Assembly: GCA_030153805.1 (NCBI GenBank) | Contig: JASKLG010000001.1 | Location: 1-62,900, forward strand | DNA from: Bacillota bacterium | GTDB taxonomy: Bacteria > Bacillota > DTU030 > DUMP01 | Length of the DNA: 62,900 nucleotides | Direction of reading: 5' to 3' | In this document: piece after piece, positions 1 to 9,344 of the stretch | Numbering within the stretch: the first letter of the stretch is position 1 | Layout: every line of letters begins with the position of its first letter | Notes under the pieces: generated by a model | What the model was told of the DNA's origin: nothing | Database searches by the model: none | Seen by the model: the letters and a program-made list of their open reading frames with translations, nothing else | Program-made: the position numbers and the translations under genes

Positions 1-181
1 TGTACCCGGCACCGGACCGTTCAAGGACAACGCTCTGTACCCCTTCAAGCGCTTTTAGCTCGGTTGCCAGCGGTCTTTCTACCAAGAAACGCGCATAAGC
101 CAGCCGGGCGCCGAGGAGCACGGCGAGCGTAAGAAGGGCAACGGCCAGCGTCACGTCCACCCTGTAACCCCTGTACTTCAT
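1..181 (-). CDS. Hypothetical membrane-anchored protein (partial, runs off window left end)
   Basis: Manual translation from ATG at 181: MKYRGYRVDVTLAVALLTLAVLLGARLAYARFLVERPLATELKALEGVQSVVLERSGAGY. Open to the edge, with an N-terminal TM helix, a GGGGGAG RBS and an upstream extended -10. Confidence 0.7.
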   Translation of the reverse strand, partial: MKYRGYRVDVTLAVALLTLAVLLGARLAYARFLVERPLATELKALEGVQSVVLERSGAGY

Positions 182-216
182 CCTCCGGTTTCTCCCCCTA
201 GACGTACCTGCCCTCT

Positions 217-225
217 ATTATAACA
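217..225 (-). promoter_or_regulatory. Extended -10 sigmaA promoter candidate (TGTTATAAT)
   Basis: Minus strand reads TATGTTATAAT about 35 nt upstream of the ATG at 181. Confidence 0.55.
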
Positions 226-226
226 T

Positions 227-267
227 AAAAAGCCCTACCTCTCGGCAGGCAAAGCCTGGAGGTAGGG
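227..267 (-). terminator. Intrinsic terminator after pgsA
   Basis: CCCTACCTC...GAGGTAGGG stem with an inner AGGC/GCCT stem, followed by TTTTT on the minus strand. Confidence 0.65.
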
Positions 268-283
268 GGAATGATTGCCGTTT

Positions 284-826
284 CTAATTAGATGGCAGCC
301 ATAGTTCTCGCCCTTTAAGAAAATAGTCCAATCCTGAAACCAGCGTAAAAATGACTGCCAGCCCCATGGTAATACTACCGAAGGGAATATTCCAAAGGCG
401 AAAAGGATAGTCCCTGAGAAGAAGGGCGGCAATGGCAATAGTCTGAAACACCGTTTTAAGCTTGCCGAACGGGCTGGCGGCAATAATAACCCCGTCGGCG
501 GCTGCCACGGCACGCAGGCCGGTCACGGCAAATTCGCGACCGATGATAATCATAGCTACCCATGCCCCCAGGCGCCCCCCTTCGACGAGCACAAGCAGGG
601 CCGAGCTCACCAAAAGCTTGTCCGCCAAAGGATCGAGAAGTTTACCCAAACGCGTAATCTCCTGCCGCCGCCGGGCGAGATAACCGTCCAGGGTATCCGT
701 GAGAGCCGCCACGATAAAGACGGCGCTTGCCACATAGTCGGCGTAAGGCCAGTGCAGCCAGGCGATAACCATAAACACCGGGACCAAGGCAATCCTGGTT
801 AGGGTCACTTTAGTGGGCAGGTTCAT
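284..826 (-). CDS. pgsA: CDP-diacylglycerol--glycerol-3-phosphate 3-phosphatidyltransferase
   Basis: MNLPTKVT start and CDP-alcohol phosphotransferase motif DTLDGYLAR...GKLLDPLADK. Confidence 0.96.
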   Translation of the reverse strand: MNLPTKVTLTRIALVPVFMVIAWLHWPYADYVASAVFIVAALTDTLDGYLARRRQEITRLGKLLDPLADKLLVSSALLVLVEGGRLGAWVAMIIIGREFAVTGLRAVAAADGVIIAASPFGKLKTVFQTIAIAALLLRDYPFRLWNIPFGSITMGLAVIFTLVSGLDYFLKGRELWLPSN

Positions 827-2141
827 CCACCACCCTCCCCCCTAGATCGTAAATGGATGCGTGGTTTATCTCTACTCGAACAAATTCTCCAACTTTAAGG
901 CCCCGGCCACGGACGCGCGTGATCCCGTCCACCTCCGGCGCCTGGCGAAAACAGCGACCCCTACCCGTGCCTTTTTCTACCCGCTCAATTAAAACCTCAA
1001 GCTGTTTGCCGAGCCAAGCACGGTTCCGCTCAAGGGACACGCGCCGTTGCAGTTTAAGGAGACGCTCCCGGCGGTCCTCTTTTACCTCCTCCGGCACCTG
1101 GCCGGGCATATCCGCTGCCGGAGTTCCTTCCTGAGGAGAATAAGAAAAAACTCCCACCCAGTCAAATTCCTGCTCCTTGACAAATGCCGAGAGTTCTTCG
1201 TATTCCGCCTCGGTCTCCCCCGGAAAGCCGACGATAAAAGTAGTCCGCAGCGCAGCCTCTGGAAGAACCCTCCGGATTTCTTCAATAAGCCGCCTCACCG
1301 AACTCTGCCGGCTGGCACGGCCCATTGCTTTAAGAATGCGGTCGCTGGCGTGTTGCAGGGGGATATCGAAATAGCGGCATACCTTAGGCTCTTCTGCTAT
1401 GGTGGAAAGAAGTTCCGAAGTTATGCGCTCAGGGTACATGTAAAGCAGGCGCACCCATTTAATCTCCGGGATGGCCGCCAACTTGCGCAAAAGAGACGGC
1501 AGGCGCAGTTCATGGTATAAATCCAGGCCGTAGCTTGTAGTATCCTGAGCCACCAGGATAATCTCTTTAACTCCCTGCCGGGCCAGCGTAAGAGCTTCCG
1601 CTACAATCTCTTCCTCTGGACGGCTCTTTAGCGGTCCCCGCAACTCGGGTATTACGCAGAAGCTGCAACGATGGTTACAACCCTCTGCTATCTTGAGATA
1701 AGCAGTACCCGGGTATGTAGCCAAAATGCGCGCTCCTCCCTGAAACCCACCCGGTGCGTCAACCGCCACTACCCGGCTCCCGGACTCCAGTTCATCCAGG
1801 ATGGCAGGCAGGCGCTCCAAGGAACCCGTACCGATAACGGCGTCAACTTCAGGGATTTCGGCAGCAATCTCCTGAGGATAGCGCTGGCTCAGGCAACCGG
1901 TGACAACTAGCTTGCGGCAGCGGCCTTTTTCTTTGTAAGTTGCCATCTCGAGAATGGTGTCAATAGATTCCTCTTTGGCAGCATCGATAAATCCACACGT
2001 ATTCACAACGATGACATCAGCTTCCGCTGGATTCGTGGTCAATTCGTAACCGCGCTCAATTAAGCGCGCAAGAAGCCCCTCCGAGTCAACCAAATTCTTG
2101 GGGCAACCAAGTGACACAAGTCCTACTTTTTTTGCCCTCAC
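810..2141 (-). CDS. rimO: Ribosomal protein S12 methylthiotransferase
   Basis: SLGCPKN, NTCGFI, radical SAM CNHRCSFC, C-terminal TRAM-like APEVDG. Start moved to GTG 2141 behind an AAGGAG RBS. Confidence 0.95.
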   Translation of the reverse strand: MRAKKVGLVSLGCPKNLVDSEGLLARLIERGYELTTNPAEADVIVVNTCGFIDAAKEESIDTILEMATYKEKGRCRKLVVTGCLSQRYPQEIAAEIPEVDAVIGTGSLERLPAILDELESGSRVVAVDAPGGFQGGARILATYPGTAYLKIAEGCNHRCSFCVIPELRGPLKSRPEEEIVAEALTLARQGVKEIILVAQDTTSYGLDLYHELRLPSLLRKLAAIPEIKWVRLLYMYPERITSELLSTIAEEPKVCRYFDIPLQHASDRILKAMGRASRQSSVRRLIEEIRRVLPEAALRTTFIVGFPGETEAEYEELSAFVKEQEFDWVGVFSYSPQEGTPAADMPGQVPEEVKEDRRERLLKLQRRVSLERNRAWLGKQLEVLIERVEKGTGRGRCFRQAPEVDGITRVRGRGLKVGEFVRVEINHASIYDLGGRVVDEPAH

Positions 2142-2180
2142 CCTAGAACTCCTTTTCTCTTTCATTTTCCTGTCCTTAAC

Positions 2181-3005
2181 TTACAGCAGCCTTTCAAAGG
2201 TGATATTGCGCGGCAGTCCAGGGTTCCCAGCCGGCCCAAGAAACAGGCCGTTCACCCTCAGTTCCAGCGCTCCCGGATCTCCCGCCCGAAGCCAAACTCG
2301 CTCCATCCCTTCTATAATTCTGGTGTCACCCCGGGCCAGCATTTCCGCCTTCTCGCTCCCTCCATCGGCGCGCACGGCAACCCAGCACCTTTCACCTGTC
2401 ACTCTAAGTTCCAACCGAATTTCGTTCCCTACTACCTGAAAGACGGCCTCTCTCGGTAGATCTTTAACCGACCGCACCTCGCCTACAGTTTCGCCGGGTT
2501 CACTTTCCGGGGCGGAAGGCGGCGCGGTAGTTGCCGGAGAGTCAGAAACCTCCGATTCAATCTCCTTTTCCGGCGGAGGCACCCGGTTTTCTGGATCCGG
2601 GCGGCGAGTCAAGAAGAAAGCCCCCAGCGCCAGAAATGCCACAAGGAGGACGGCCACCGTCACCAAGCCTCGCGCCGGGTTTGGGCCCATCGCTGAAGCC
2701 GGACGGGGCGCGTGGTTGTTTTCCTCATCAACTGCCGCACGTGTCTGCGCGTAACGCTTTACCAGTTCATCGCCGGGAAGGCCCAGGAAATGGGCGTAGT
2801 TTTTGAGAAAACCCTTAAGGTACACCTCACCCGGAAATACCCGGTTATTACCTTCTTCCAACGCCTCCAGGTACCGGCGCCGAATCTTGGTTTCTTCCTG
2901 CACTTTGTCTAAGGTAATGCCCTGCTTGAGGCGAGCCTCGCGCAGCAGTGCTCCGATTTCCGCCAGCACTTCCGCTCTGCCCCGGTTCTCATTGTTCTCA
3001 GCCAC
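2181..3005 (-). CDS. rodZ: RodZ-like HTH / TM / DUF4115 protein
   Basis: N-terminal HTH (IGALLREAR...YLKGFLKNYA), one TM helix, C-terminal CWVAVRADG beta domain; synteny with rimO-pgsA. Confidence 0.88.
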   Translation of the reverse strand: MAENNENRGRAEVLAEIGALLREARLKQGITLDKVQEETKIRRRYLEALEEGNNRVFPGEVYLKGFLKNYAHFLGLPGDELVKRYAQTRAAVDEENNHAPRPASAMGPNPARGLVTVAVLLVAFLALGAFFLTRRPDPENRVPPPEKEIESEVSDSPATTAPPSAPESEPGETVGEVRSVKDLPREAVFQVVGNEIRLELRVTGERCWVAVRADGGSEKAEMLARGDTRIIEGMERVWLRAGDPGALELRVNGLFLGPAGNPGLPRNITFERLL

Positions 3006-3011
3006 GAAGAT

Positions 3012-5171
3012 TCACCCCTTTGTCGCTCCAGCGCGCGCGTCAGAGCCGATCAAGTGCTGGTATCTTTCCTTACTGATGAGGACCGGTCGCGGCTTACTTC
3101 CTTCGGCCGGACCCACGTAGCCTTTTTCTGCCAGTTGGTCGATAATACGCGCGGCTCTAGTATAACCAATCCGCAAACGCCTTTGCAGGTAGGACGCCGA
3201 AGCTTGACCGGCCTCAACAACCAGCTCCAAAGCTTTGCCGAACAGCTCGTCCTCGGCCCCATCGGCAGGTGCTTCTTTCTCTTTCGGCTGAACGGCCAAA
3301 ATGGCCTCTTGAAATTCCGGTTCTCCTTGCCCGCGCCAGAAGTTCACCAGTTCCTCTACTTCGCTATCGGAAATGAAGGCTCCCTGCACGCGCTGTGGCT
3401 TACTAGCCCCGACGGGTAGAAAGAGCATGTCTCCGCGTCCGAGAAGCTTCTCGGCTCCGTTCATATCGAGAATGGTGCGCGAGTCCGTCTGCGACGAGAC
3501 GGCAAAAGACAGCCGGGAAGGTATGTTAGCTTTAATCAGGCCGGTGATCACATCTACAGACGGCCGTTGCGTGGCCACCACCAGATGCAAACCGGCAGCG
3601 CGGGCCATCTGGGCCAACCGGCAAACCGCCTCCTCTACTTCGGCCGGCGACACCATCATTAAATCGGCCAGTTCGTCGATGACGATGACAATGTAAGGGA
3701 GCGCGTTGGCGGGCGGCCGTGTTTCGTTGTACCGCTTTATGTCGCGTACACCTGCTGCGGCAAAAAGGCTGTAGCGGTTTTCCATCTCCGTCACTGCCCA
3801 ATTGAGCACTCCTGCCGCCTTTCTAACATCGGTGACCACCGGTGAGATTAAGTGGGGGATGCCGTTGTAGGCGGTAAGTTCGACCATTTTAGGGTCGATG
3901 AGAAGGAGTTTAACCTGGGCCGGAGTGGCTTTAAAAAGAATGCTGCTGATGAGCGCATTGATGCATACGCTCTTGCCGGAACCGGTGGCGCCGGCAATTA
4001 GAAGGTGAGGCATCTTGGCCAGATCGGCTACCACAGGTGCACCGCTAATGTCTTTGCCCAAAGCGATGGTAAGGGGCGAGGTTTCCCGGGCGAATACCGG
4101 CGTATCGATCACCTCACGCAGGTAAACCGGGGTGATTTCTTTATTCGGGACCTCAATTCCAATAGCCGCTTTACCCGGAATGGGTGCTTCGATACGCACG
4201 TCGGTGGCCGCCAGGCTTAAGGCGATATCATCGGCCAGTCCCACAATCCTGCTGACTTTAGTACCGGGCGCCGGGTGGATCTCGTAGCGAGTAATGGCTG
4301 GGCCCCGGCTGACCTCGGTAACCTTGGCGCTTATACCGAAGTTGTTCAAAGTCTCTTCCAGCAGGCGTACATTTTCGGCAATGTCTTTTTCCAGGCGGTA
4401 GTTTTTAAGCCGTACCGGCTTGCGAAGCAGGGTGACGGGGGGCAATTGGTACGGACCGACCACCTGAGGAATTGCGAGCTGCACGGGCACCCCAACCGGT
4501 TCCGTGGTTCCTGTTTTTACCACCGGGCCGGCCGCAGGTGCGGCCTCTATCCGAAGTGGCGAAGCGGAGGTTGAAGAAGGCACCTCCTTGCTTTCTCCCT
4601 GCTGGCCCGGTAGAGGGCCTTCCCCCACCTCCTCCTGGACCACCCGTGCATCAGGCTTGCGGGCACGGAGCACTCGCTTAAAGCGTGCACAGCAGGCCAA
4701 AGTCACAAGGGACTTTTCGTTAATAAGAACAAGGCCGGAAAGGGCCGCAGCAACCAGGAGGATCCAAGCTCCCACACGGCCGAAAAGGCGCTGCAGGAAA
4801 GTGGCCGTCACCGCCCCGACGATTCCTCCGCCCCGGCCGAGTTTCCCGTAATCCAAGGAAGCCTCCGGAGCCATCAGGAAATGCATTGCTCCCACTAGAG
4901 CCAAGAACACGAGCAACGCTCCGCTCACCTGGGATTTCTCTACAGACCTCCCGGAAAGGGCAACAAGTGCCCCGGCCAGAGAAACGGCCGGTAACGGGTA
5001 TGCACCCCAACCGAAAAGGGACAGCAGCACACGATGCAAAAAGCCACCTACCACACCGGCGCGATCAGAAAAAAGACTGACCAGCACCAGTAAGGAGAGG
5101 GCTATCACCAAGATGCCGCCTATCACCGCCGGTTTTTGCTCAGCTTTCTGTTTCTTTTCTGCCCGCGGCAT
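3012..5171 (-). CDS. ftsK: DNA translocase FtsK/SpoIIIE
   Basis: N-terminal TMs, Walker [18 protein letters not shown], gamma domain [17 protein letters not shown]. Start at 5171 or 5192. Confidence 0.96.
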   Translation of the reverse strand: MPRAEKKQKAEQKPAVIGGILVIALSLLVLVSLFSDRAGVVGGFLHRVLLSLFGWGAYPLPAVSLAGALVALSGRSVEKSQVSGALLVFLALVGAMHFLMAPEASLDYGKLGRGGGIVGAVTATFLQRLFGRVGAWILLVAAALSGLVLINEKSLVTLACCARFKRVLRARKPDARVVQEEVGEGPLPGQQGESKEVPSSTSASPLRIEAAPAAGPVVKTGTTEPVGVPVQLAIPQVVGPYQLPPVTLLRKPVRLKNYRLEKDIAENVRLLEETLNNFGISAKVTEVSRGPAITRYEIHPAPGTKVSRIVGLADDIALSLAATDVRIEAPIPGKAAIGIEVPNKEITPVYLREVIDTPVFARETSPLTIALGKDISGAPVVADLAKMPHLLIAGATGSGKSVCINALISSILFKATPAQVKLLLIDPKMVELTAYNGIPHLISPVVTDVRKAAGVLNWAVTEMENRYSLFAAAGVRDIKRYNETRPPANALPYIVIVIDELADLMMVSPAEVEEAVCRLAQMARAAGLHLVVATQRPSVDVITGLIKANIPSRLSFAVSSQTDSRTILDMNGAEKLLGRGDMLFLPVGASKPQRVQGAFISDSEVEELVNFWRGQGEPEFQEAILAVQPKEKEAPADGAEDELFGKALELVVEAGQASASYLQRRLRIGYTRAARIIDQLAEKGYVGPAEGSKPRPVLISKERYQHLIGSDARAGATKG

Positions 5172-5207
5172 TGGTTCACCCCCGCCCATCATATTTCATC
5201 AGGCTCT

Positions 5208-5233
5208 ATTCTACATTGTCCCTCAGGAATCCT
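5208..5233 (-). promoter_or_regulatory. Candidate sigmaH-type promoter upstream of ftsK
   Basis: AGGA-N18-GAAT on the minus strand; it overlaps a TAGAAT -10-like hexamer. Confidence 0.35.
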
Positions 5234-5265
5234 CCCCGAAAACCCGGACTGGCACCCGGTGCATA

Positions 5266-6183
5266 CTATCCTCCCGGCATCAGAGTTATCACCAGACGCT
5301 CTAGGATTCCGGCAAAAGGCAGGCACAAAATGACAGTTAGTAAATTGAAAAGGGTGTGGGCATTGGCTACCTGCCGGGGCAGGTCGGGCGAAGTACACGC
5401 TACCAGTTGGCCAAAAGCCGCGAAAAAAGGGAAGATGGCCAGGACACCCAGTACGTTAAAAATAAAATGCACAGCAGCCGCCCGCCTGGCGTTCATGCCC
5501 GTACCAATACTCGCCAAGAGAGCGGTTACCGTCGTCCCGATATTACTGCCCAAAACGAAACCGATGGCTCCTTTAAGATCGATCGCACCCTGGTCCGCAA
5601 GAGCAATAACCATGGCTATAACCACGCTGCTCGACTGAAAGATACCTGTCACGCAGGCCCCGGCAAGAACGGCCGTACCTGGTGAGTGAGCCAGCGCTCT
5701 AATCAGTGCAGGAAAAAAAGGGTGTGCGCTCAGCACTGAAAGGTAACGGGACATGAGCCCCATACCGGCAAAAAGAAGGCCAAATCCGAAAATAACCCGG
5801 CCCAGTTCCCGTGTCGGGCCGAACCTGCTGGAAAAGAACAAGAAAGCCCCCAAAAATACAGCCGGTCCGGCCAGAAACTCCAGGTCGAGTGCCACCAATT
5901 GGGCGGTTACGGTAGTTCCAACGTTCGCTCCTAAAATTACGCCAATGGCCTGCCGCAAGCTGAGAAGTCCTGCATCAACAAAAGTCACGGTAAGAACAGT
6001 GGTAGCGCTACTGCTTTGAACCACTGCGGTAATAAGACAGCCTACAAACGCTCCGCGGGCGACCGATCCCGTGAGGTGTTCCAGCACCCGGCGTAATCTT
6101 TTCCCTACTGCTTTCTGCAAACCTTCCCCCAGAAGTTGAATGCCGAAAAGAAAAAGAGCCACTCCACCAATTACACCTGTCAA
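5266..6183 (-). CDS. Na/Pi cotransporter family protein (short form, no PhoU domains)
   Basis: Twin QSSS motifs (VQSSSATT, FQSSSVV), GANVGTT/GSNIGTT, ANAHTLFN. Confidence 0.92.
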   Translation of the reverse strand: MTGVIGGVALFLFGIQLLGEGLQKAVGKRLRRVLEHLTGSVARGAFVGCLITAVVQSSSATTVLTVTFVDAGLLSLRQAIGVILGANVGTTVTAQLVALDLEFLAGPAVFLGAFLFFSSRFGPTRELGRVIFGFGLLFAGMGLMSRYLSVLSAHPFFPALIRALAHSPGTAVLAGACVTGIFQSSSVVIAMVIALADQGAIDLKGAIGFVLGSNIGTTVTALLASIGTGMNARRAAAVHFIFNVLGVLAIFPFFAAFGQLVACTSPDLPRQVANAHTLFNLLTVILCLPFAGILERLVITLMPGG

Positions 6184-6235
6184 AACACGCAGCGTCCTCC
6201 CCTCCCTCTTTAACCCTCCCTAAATACATAATGTG

Positions 6236-6267
6236 AAAGGAGCGGTGGCTAGACTAACCACCGCTCC
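6236..6267 (-). terminator. Hairpin/terminator after ylzJ
   Basis: GGAGCGGTGG/CCACCGCTCC 10-bp stem with only a short TTT tail. Confidence 0.5.
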
Positions 6268-6276
6268 GCGGAATCT

Positions 6277-6495
6277 TTATTCGGCCGGGAACGTGAGAAT
6301 GGACCCCGGAAAAAAGGAAGGATCGAGGAAATCGTTGGGGTTGGTACTCAAGAGCCGCACTAATTTGGCCTGGTTGACACCGGTCCGCTCAACCAAAAGT
6401 TTATGCCCCCGGACTACTACCTCCTCGTACTGAGGACGGTAGTCTTCCATGCCCTCCAACACAAGTTCAAGGGGCATGGGCGTGTAGAGTATCAT
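6277..6495 (-). CDS. ylzJ: YlzJ-like family protein
   Basis: [10 protein letters not shown]...[13 protein letters not shown] signature; overlaps the tepA stop. Confidence 0.9.
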   Translation of the reverse strand: MILYTPMPLELVLEGMEDYRPQYEEVVVRGHKLLVERTGVNQAKLVRLLSTNPNDFLDPSFFPGSILTFPAE

Positions 6496-7292
6496 TGTAC
6501 CGGCCCCTTTGCGCTTTTTTGTGCGGCAATCAGCTCGTTCAGTTTCTCCAGAGCCGAGTTAATTCCGCCCACAGCATCCACCAGGCCTACATCCACAGCT
6601 TCCTTTCCAACCAGCACCGTCCCTATATCACGGGCGAGCTCGCCGGTGCGGAACATAAGCTCCCGGAATTTAGGCTCGGAAATATGCGAATGCTTCGTAA
6701 CAAAACGAACGACCCGATCCTGCATTTTATCCAGATACTCGTAGGTTTGAGGCACACCGATAACCAAACCATTGAGACGAATAGGGTGGATGGTCATCGT
6801 GGCGGTTTCGGCTATAAAAGAGTAGTCGGCGCTCACGGCAATGGGAACGCCAATGGAGTGACCTCCGCCCAGAATTAGAGAAACCGTAGGCTTGCTCATG
6901 CTGACGATCATCTCGGCAATGGCCAAACCGGCCTCCACATCCCCGCCTACCGTGTTTAGAACGAGAAGCAGCCCGGCAATTTTCGGATTTTGTTCTACTG
7001 CCACCAATTGAGGAATAATGTGCTCGTATTTGGTAGTCTTATTCTGGGGCGGCAGTACCAGGTGTCCTTCAATTTGCCCAACAATGGTGAGGCAGTGGAT
7101 GTTGCTCTCCGGCTGCTCGGGCAGGGTCATCTGGCCTAGTTCTTGAATGTTACCGGCGACTGTGCCCGGCGCCGGCGGCTCGGTACCAGGAGTTTGCGGC
7201 CCAGCCGGAGTATTCGGCCGGGGGCCCGGTGGCGGCACTACGGTGGGGGTCGGTTGTGGTGAACCAAGTTTAGGGAAGAAACCCGTAAACAT
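6492..7292 (-). CDS. tepA: TepA, ClpP-like protease
   Basis: [38 protein letters not shown]. Start at ATG 7292 behind GAGGGAGG; Pro-rich N-terminus. Confidence 0.92.
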   Translation of the reverse strand: MFTGFFPKLGSPQPTPTVVPPPGPRPNTPAGPQTPGTEPPAPGTVAGNIQELGQMTLPEQPESNIHCLTIVGQIEGHLVLPPQNKTTKYEHIIPQLVAVEQNPKIAGLLLVLNTVGGDVEAGLAIAEMIVSMSKPTVSLILGGGHSIGVPIAVSADYSFIAETATMTIHPIRLNGLVIGVPQTYEYLDKMQDRVVRFVTKHSHISEPKFRELMFRTGELARDIGTVLVGKEAVDVGLVDAVGGINSALEKLNELIAAQKSAKGPVQ

Positions 7293-7333
7293 TGGCCTGC
7301 CCTCCCTCAACTCTATTCCTGTGTCCCTGGCGC

Positions 7334-7363
7334 TAGTATGATGTCAAGTTGGGCCGACTATAC
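7334..7363 (-). promoter_or_regulatory. sigmaG-type (forespore) promoter of tepA-ylzJ
   Basis: GTATA-N18-CATACTA on the minus strand matches the sigmaG consensus; tepA is a known forespore gene in B. subtilis. Confidence 0.65.
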
Positions 7364-7375
7364 TTTCAGCACCCC

Positions 7376-7409
7376 AAAGAAAAAAAATCCCCGGCCTCAA
7401 GCCGGGGTT
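7376..7409 (-). terminator. Intrinsic terminator (rnj and/or candidate sRNA)
   Basis: CCCCGGC-TTGAG-GCCGGGG stem followed by A and a long T tract. Confidence 0.85.
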
Positions 7410-7447
7410 GCTATATATATTTAATCAGGAGGGGGTAACTATGTCAC
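7380..7447 (-). ncRNA. Candidate small RNA with anti-SD/anti-AUG sequence
   Basis: GUGAC-AUA-GUUAC mini hairpin, CCCCCUCCU, AU-rich linker and terminator; TATGAT -10 lies 6 nt upstream. Confidence 0.5.
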
Positions 7448-7453
7448 ATCTTT

Positions 7454-7497
7454 ATCATACTCCGTCTTTGTTACAGAGGTGTGACAACAACGTTACT
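7454..7497 (-). promoter_or_regulatory. -10 box plus 11-bp phased repeats (OmpR/PhoB-family binding site candidate)
   Basis: Minus strand: AGTAACG-N4-TGTCACA-N4-TGTAACA, then TATGAT 10 nt after the last TGTAAC hexamer. Confidence 0.45.
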
Positions 7498-7521
7498 ACT
7501 TTATTAAAGCCGGTGTACCCC

Positions 7522-9180
7522 TTACACTTCCATAATGATAGGGAGAATCATGGGACGGCGCCTGGTACGCTCGAACAGAAACTTACCCAGGGCATCTCGA
7601 ACCTGGCTCTTAATTGTCGACCAATCGGTAGCCCTAGAGGCCTCGCACTTTTCTAAAGCCTGGCGTACGCGCTCCTTAGCCTCTTCTACCAGCTCCTCGG
7701 CTTCCCGAACATAGACAAAACCCCTTGAAACAATGTCCGGCCCGGCCACCACCTGCCCGCTCTGCTTATCCATGGTCACCACTACGATTATTATGCCGTC
7801 CTGGGAAAGTTGCTTCCTATCCCTGAGTACAATGTTACCCACGTCCCCTACTCCCAACCCGTCCACCAGCACTTTGCCTGCGCTTATCCGGTTGGCCACC
7901 CTGGCCTTTTCCGCGGTAAACTCTACACTGGTGCCGTTTTCGACCACAAAGATGTTCTCCTCCGGTATGCCCACCTGACGGGCAATGCGGGCATGCCATA
8001 CCAGCTGGCGAAACTCGCCGTGGATGGGAACAAAGTACCGCGGACGAATCAGGTTAAGCATTAGCTTAAGCTCCTCGCGGCTGGCATGACCAAAGGCGTG
8101 GCGCCAAGAAGTCAACTCAGGGTAAACTTCAGCTCCCACCTTGAACAGGTTGTCAATATTACGGGCTACCAGTTTCTCGCTGCCCGGCCCCGGCGGGGCC
8201 ACCAAAACTACCACGTCACCACTTTGCACCGACACGGCCTGCTTCCCGTTGGTCCGTATTCCGGCCACGGGCTCCAAGCTATCGAAACTAGGGACAATTA
8301 TCACCTGTTTTTCGGGTGGTAGTTTCTCTACAGCGGGATCAAAGAGCGCCTCAGGCGGGAAACGCAAATGTCCTACCCGGCGGGCGAGCTCCAAAAGCTC
8401 GAGCCCCTCCGGCCATGCTACCTGGGTACGCCGCCCAAAACTTGAAGCTGCAGCCACTACTTGTTCCAGGCGGTAAAGGCTGGCGCCATAACCGACCATG
8501 ATTACCCGACCTTGGGCCCTGCGCATGATGCTGGTAATAGCACTCAGCGGTTCTTTTTCAGAAGGCGAGAAACCCGCCACTTCTGCGTTCGTGCTGTCCG
8601 AAAGGAGCAGCAGAACGCCTGCACGCCCGATTTCGGCCAAACGATGGAGGTCGGTGAAGTTGCCGTTCGGCGGAGTCTGGTCGAAATGGAAATCACCGGT
8701 ATGCAGGACGCGACCGAGCGGCGTGGTAACAAGTACTGCAACGGCGCCCGGAAGGGTATGGCTCACGGTAATGAGCTCTACCTGAAACGAACCCAGAGAA
8801 CGGGTTTCCCCCGGGTTAATGGCCTTCAACTCTGGTGCTTTTAGCCCGGCCCGCTTAAGCTTCAGCGCCGCTATTCCCAACGTCATAGGGGTTCCAAATA
8901 CCGGCACGTTCAACTCTTTTAAGAAGTAGGGTAGGGCCCCGATATGGCCCTCATGGCCGTGGGTTAAAACGATCCCCCGTACTTTGTCCCTATTCTCCAA
9001 GACGTACGTAATATCGGGAATGACAAAGTCGATGCCCAGAAGTTCCTCTTCCGGAGTCATCAGGCCGCAATCGATCACCAGGATGTCCTGTTCCGTTTCT
9101 AAGAGAAGCATGTTTTTGCCCCGTTCCCCCACACCGCCCAGGGGAATTAGGGTAAGTTTATCTCTGGTGTCTCCGTTCAA
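7522..9180 (-). CDS. rnj: Ribonuclease J family protein with degenerate active site
   Basis: PLGGVGERGKNM, TGDF, SDSTNA, PIHGE, C-terminal RRPMILPIIMEV; the HxHxDH motif reads HGHEGH. Confidence 0.93.
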   Translation of the reverse strand: MNGDTRDKLTLIPLGGVGERGKNMLLLETEQDILVIDCGLMTPEEELLGIDFVIPDITYVLENRDKVRGIVLTHGHEGHIGALPYFLKELNVPVFGTPMTLGIAALKLKRAGLKAPELKAINPGETRSLGSFQVELITVSHTLPGAVAVLVTTPLGRVLHTGDFHFDQTPPNGNFTDLHRLAEIGRAGVLLLLSDSTNAEVAGFSPSEKEPLSAITSIMRRAQGRVIMVGYGASLYRLEQVVAAASSFGRRTQVAWPEGLELLELARRVGHLRFPPEALFDPAVEKLPPEKQVIIVPSFDSLEPVAGIRTNGKQAVSVQSGDVVVLVAPPGPGSEKLVARNIDNLFKVGAEVYPELTSWRHAFGHASREELKLMLNLIRPRYFVPIHGEFRQLVWHARIARQVGIPEENIFVVENGTSVEFTAEKARVANRISAGKVLVDGLGVGDVGNIVLRDRKQLSQDGIIIVVVTMDKQSGQVVAGPDIVSRGFVYVREAEELVEEAKERVRQALEKCEASRATDWSTIKSQVRDALGKFLFERTRRRPMILPIIMEV

Positions 9181-9209
9181 AAGTGCACCTCCTTAAAATG
9201 GGAAAACAC

Positions 9210-9243
9210 AAAAAAAGACTCCCTCGTCGTGCCGGGAAGCCGG
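9210..9243 (-). promoter_or_regulatory. Attenuator-like hairpin in the rnj 5' UTR
   Basis: GGCTTCC...GGGAGTC stem (two G-U pairs) followed by T7, between the promoter and the RBS. Confidence 0.4.
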
Positions 9244-9285
9244 CCATCTAAACCCAACCGCATCCGCTCACAAACCTCTTTTGCT

Positions 9286-9314
9286 ATTATACCCTACTTC
9301 CAACCGCTTCACAA
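9286..9314 (-). promoter_or_regulatory. sigmaA promoter of rnj
   Basis: TTGTGA-N17-TATAAT. Confidence 0.7.
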
Positions 9315-9344
9315 GGGAGCCCAAGAAGGGCGAAATTGAAATTA

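Noticed and set aside
5266-6183. Na/Pi cotransporter lacking PhoU domains as a possible pseudogene
   Set aside because: Short forms of about 300 aa are a normal subfamily, and both QSSS repeats are intact.
7441-7656. Plus-strand ORF (71 aa from ATG 7441) with a perfect AGGAGG RBS
   Set aside because: It overlaps the rnj 3' end antisense by 135 nt, has no recognisable motif and no clear plus-strand promoter. The RBS is better explained as the complement of an anti-SD sRNA. It remains the alternative hypothesis.
9262-9274. TTGTGAGCGGAT resembling the lac operator or a cre site in the rnj leader
   Set aside because: Half-site only, with no palindromic partner.
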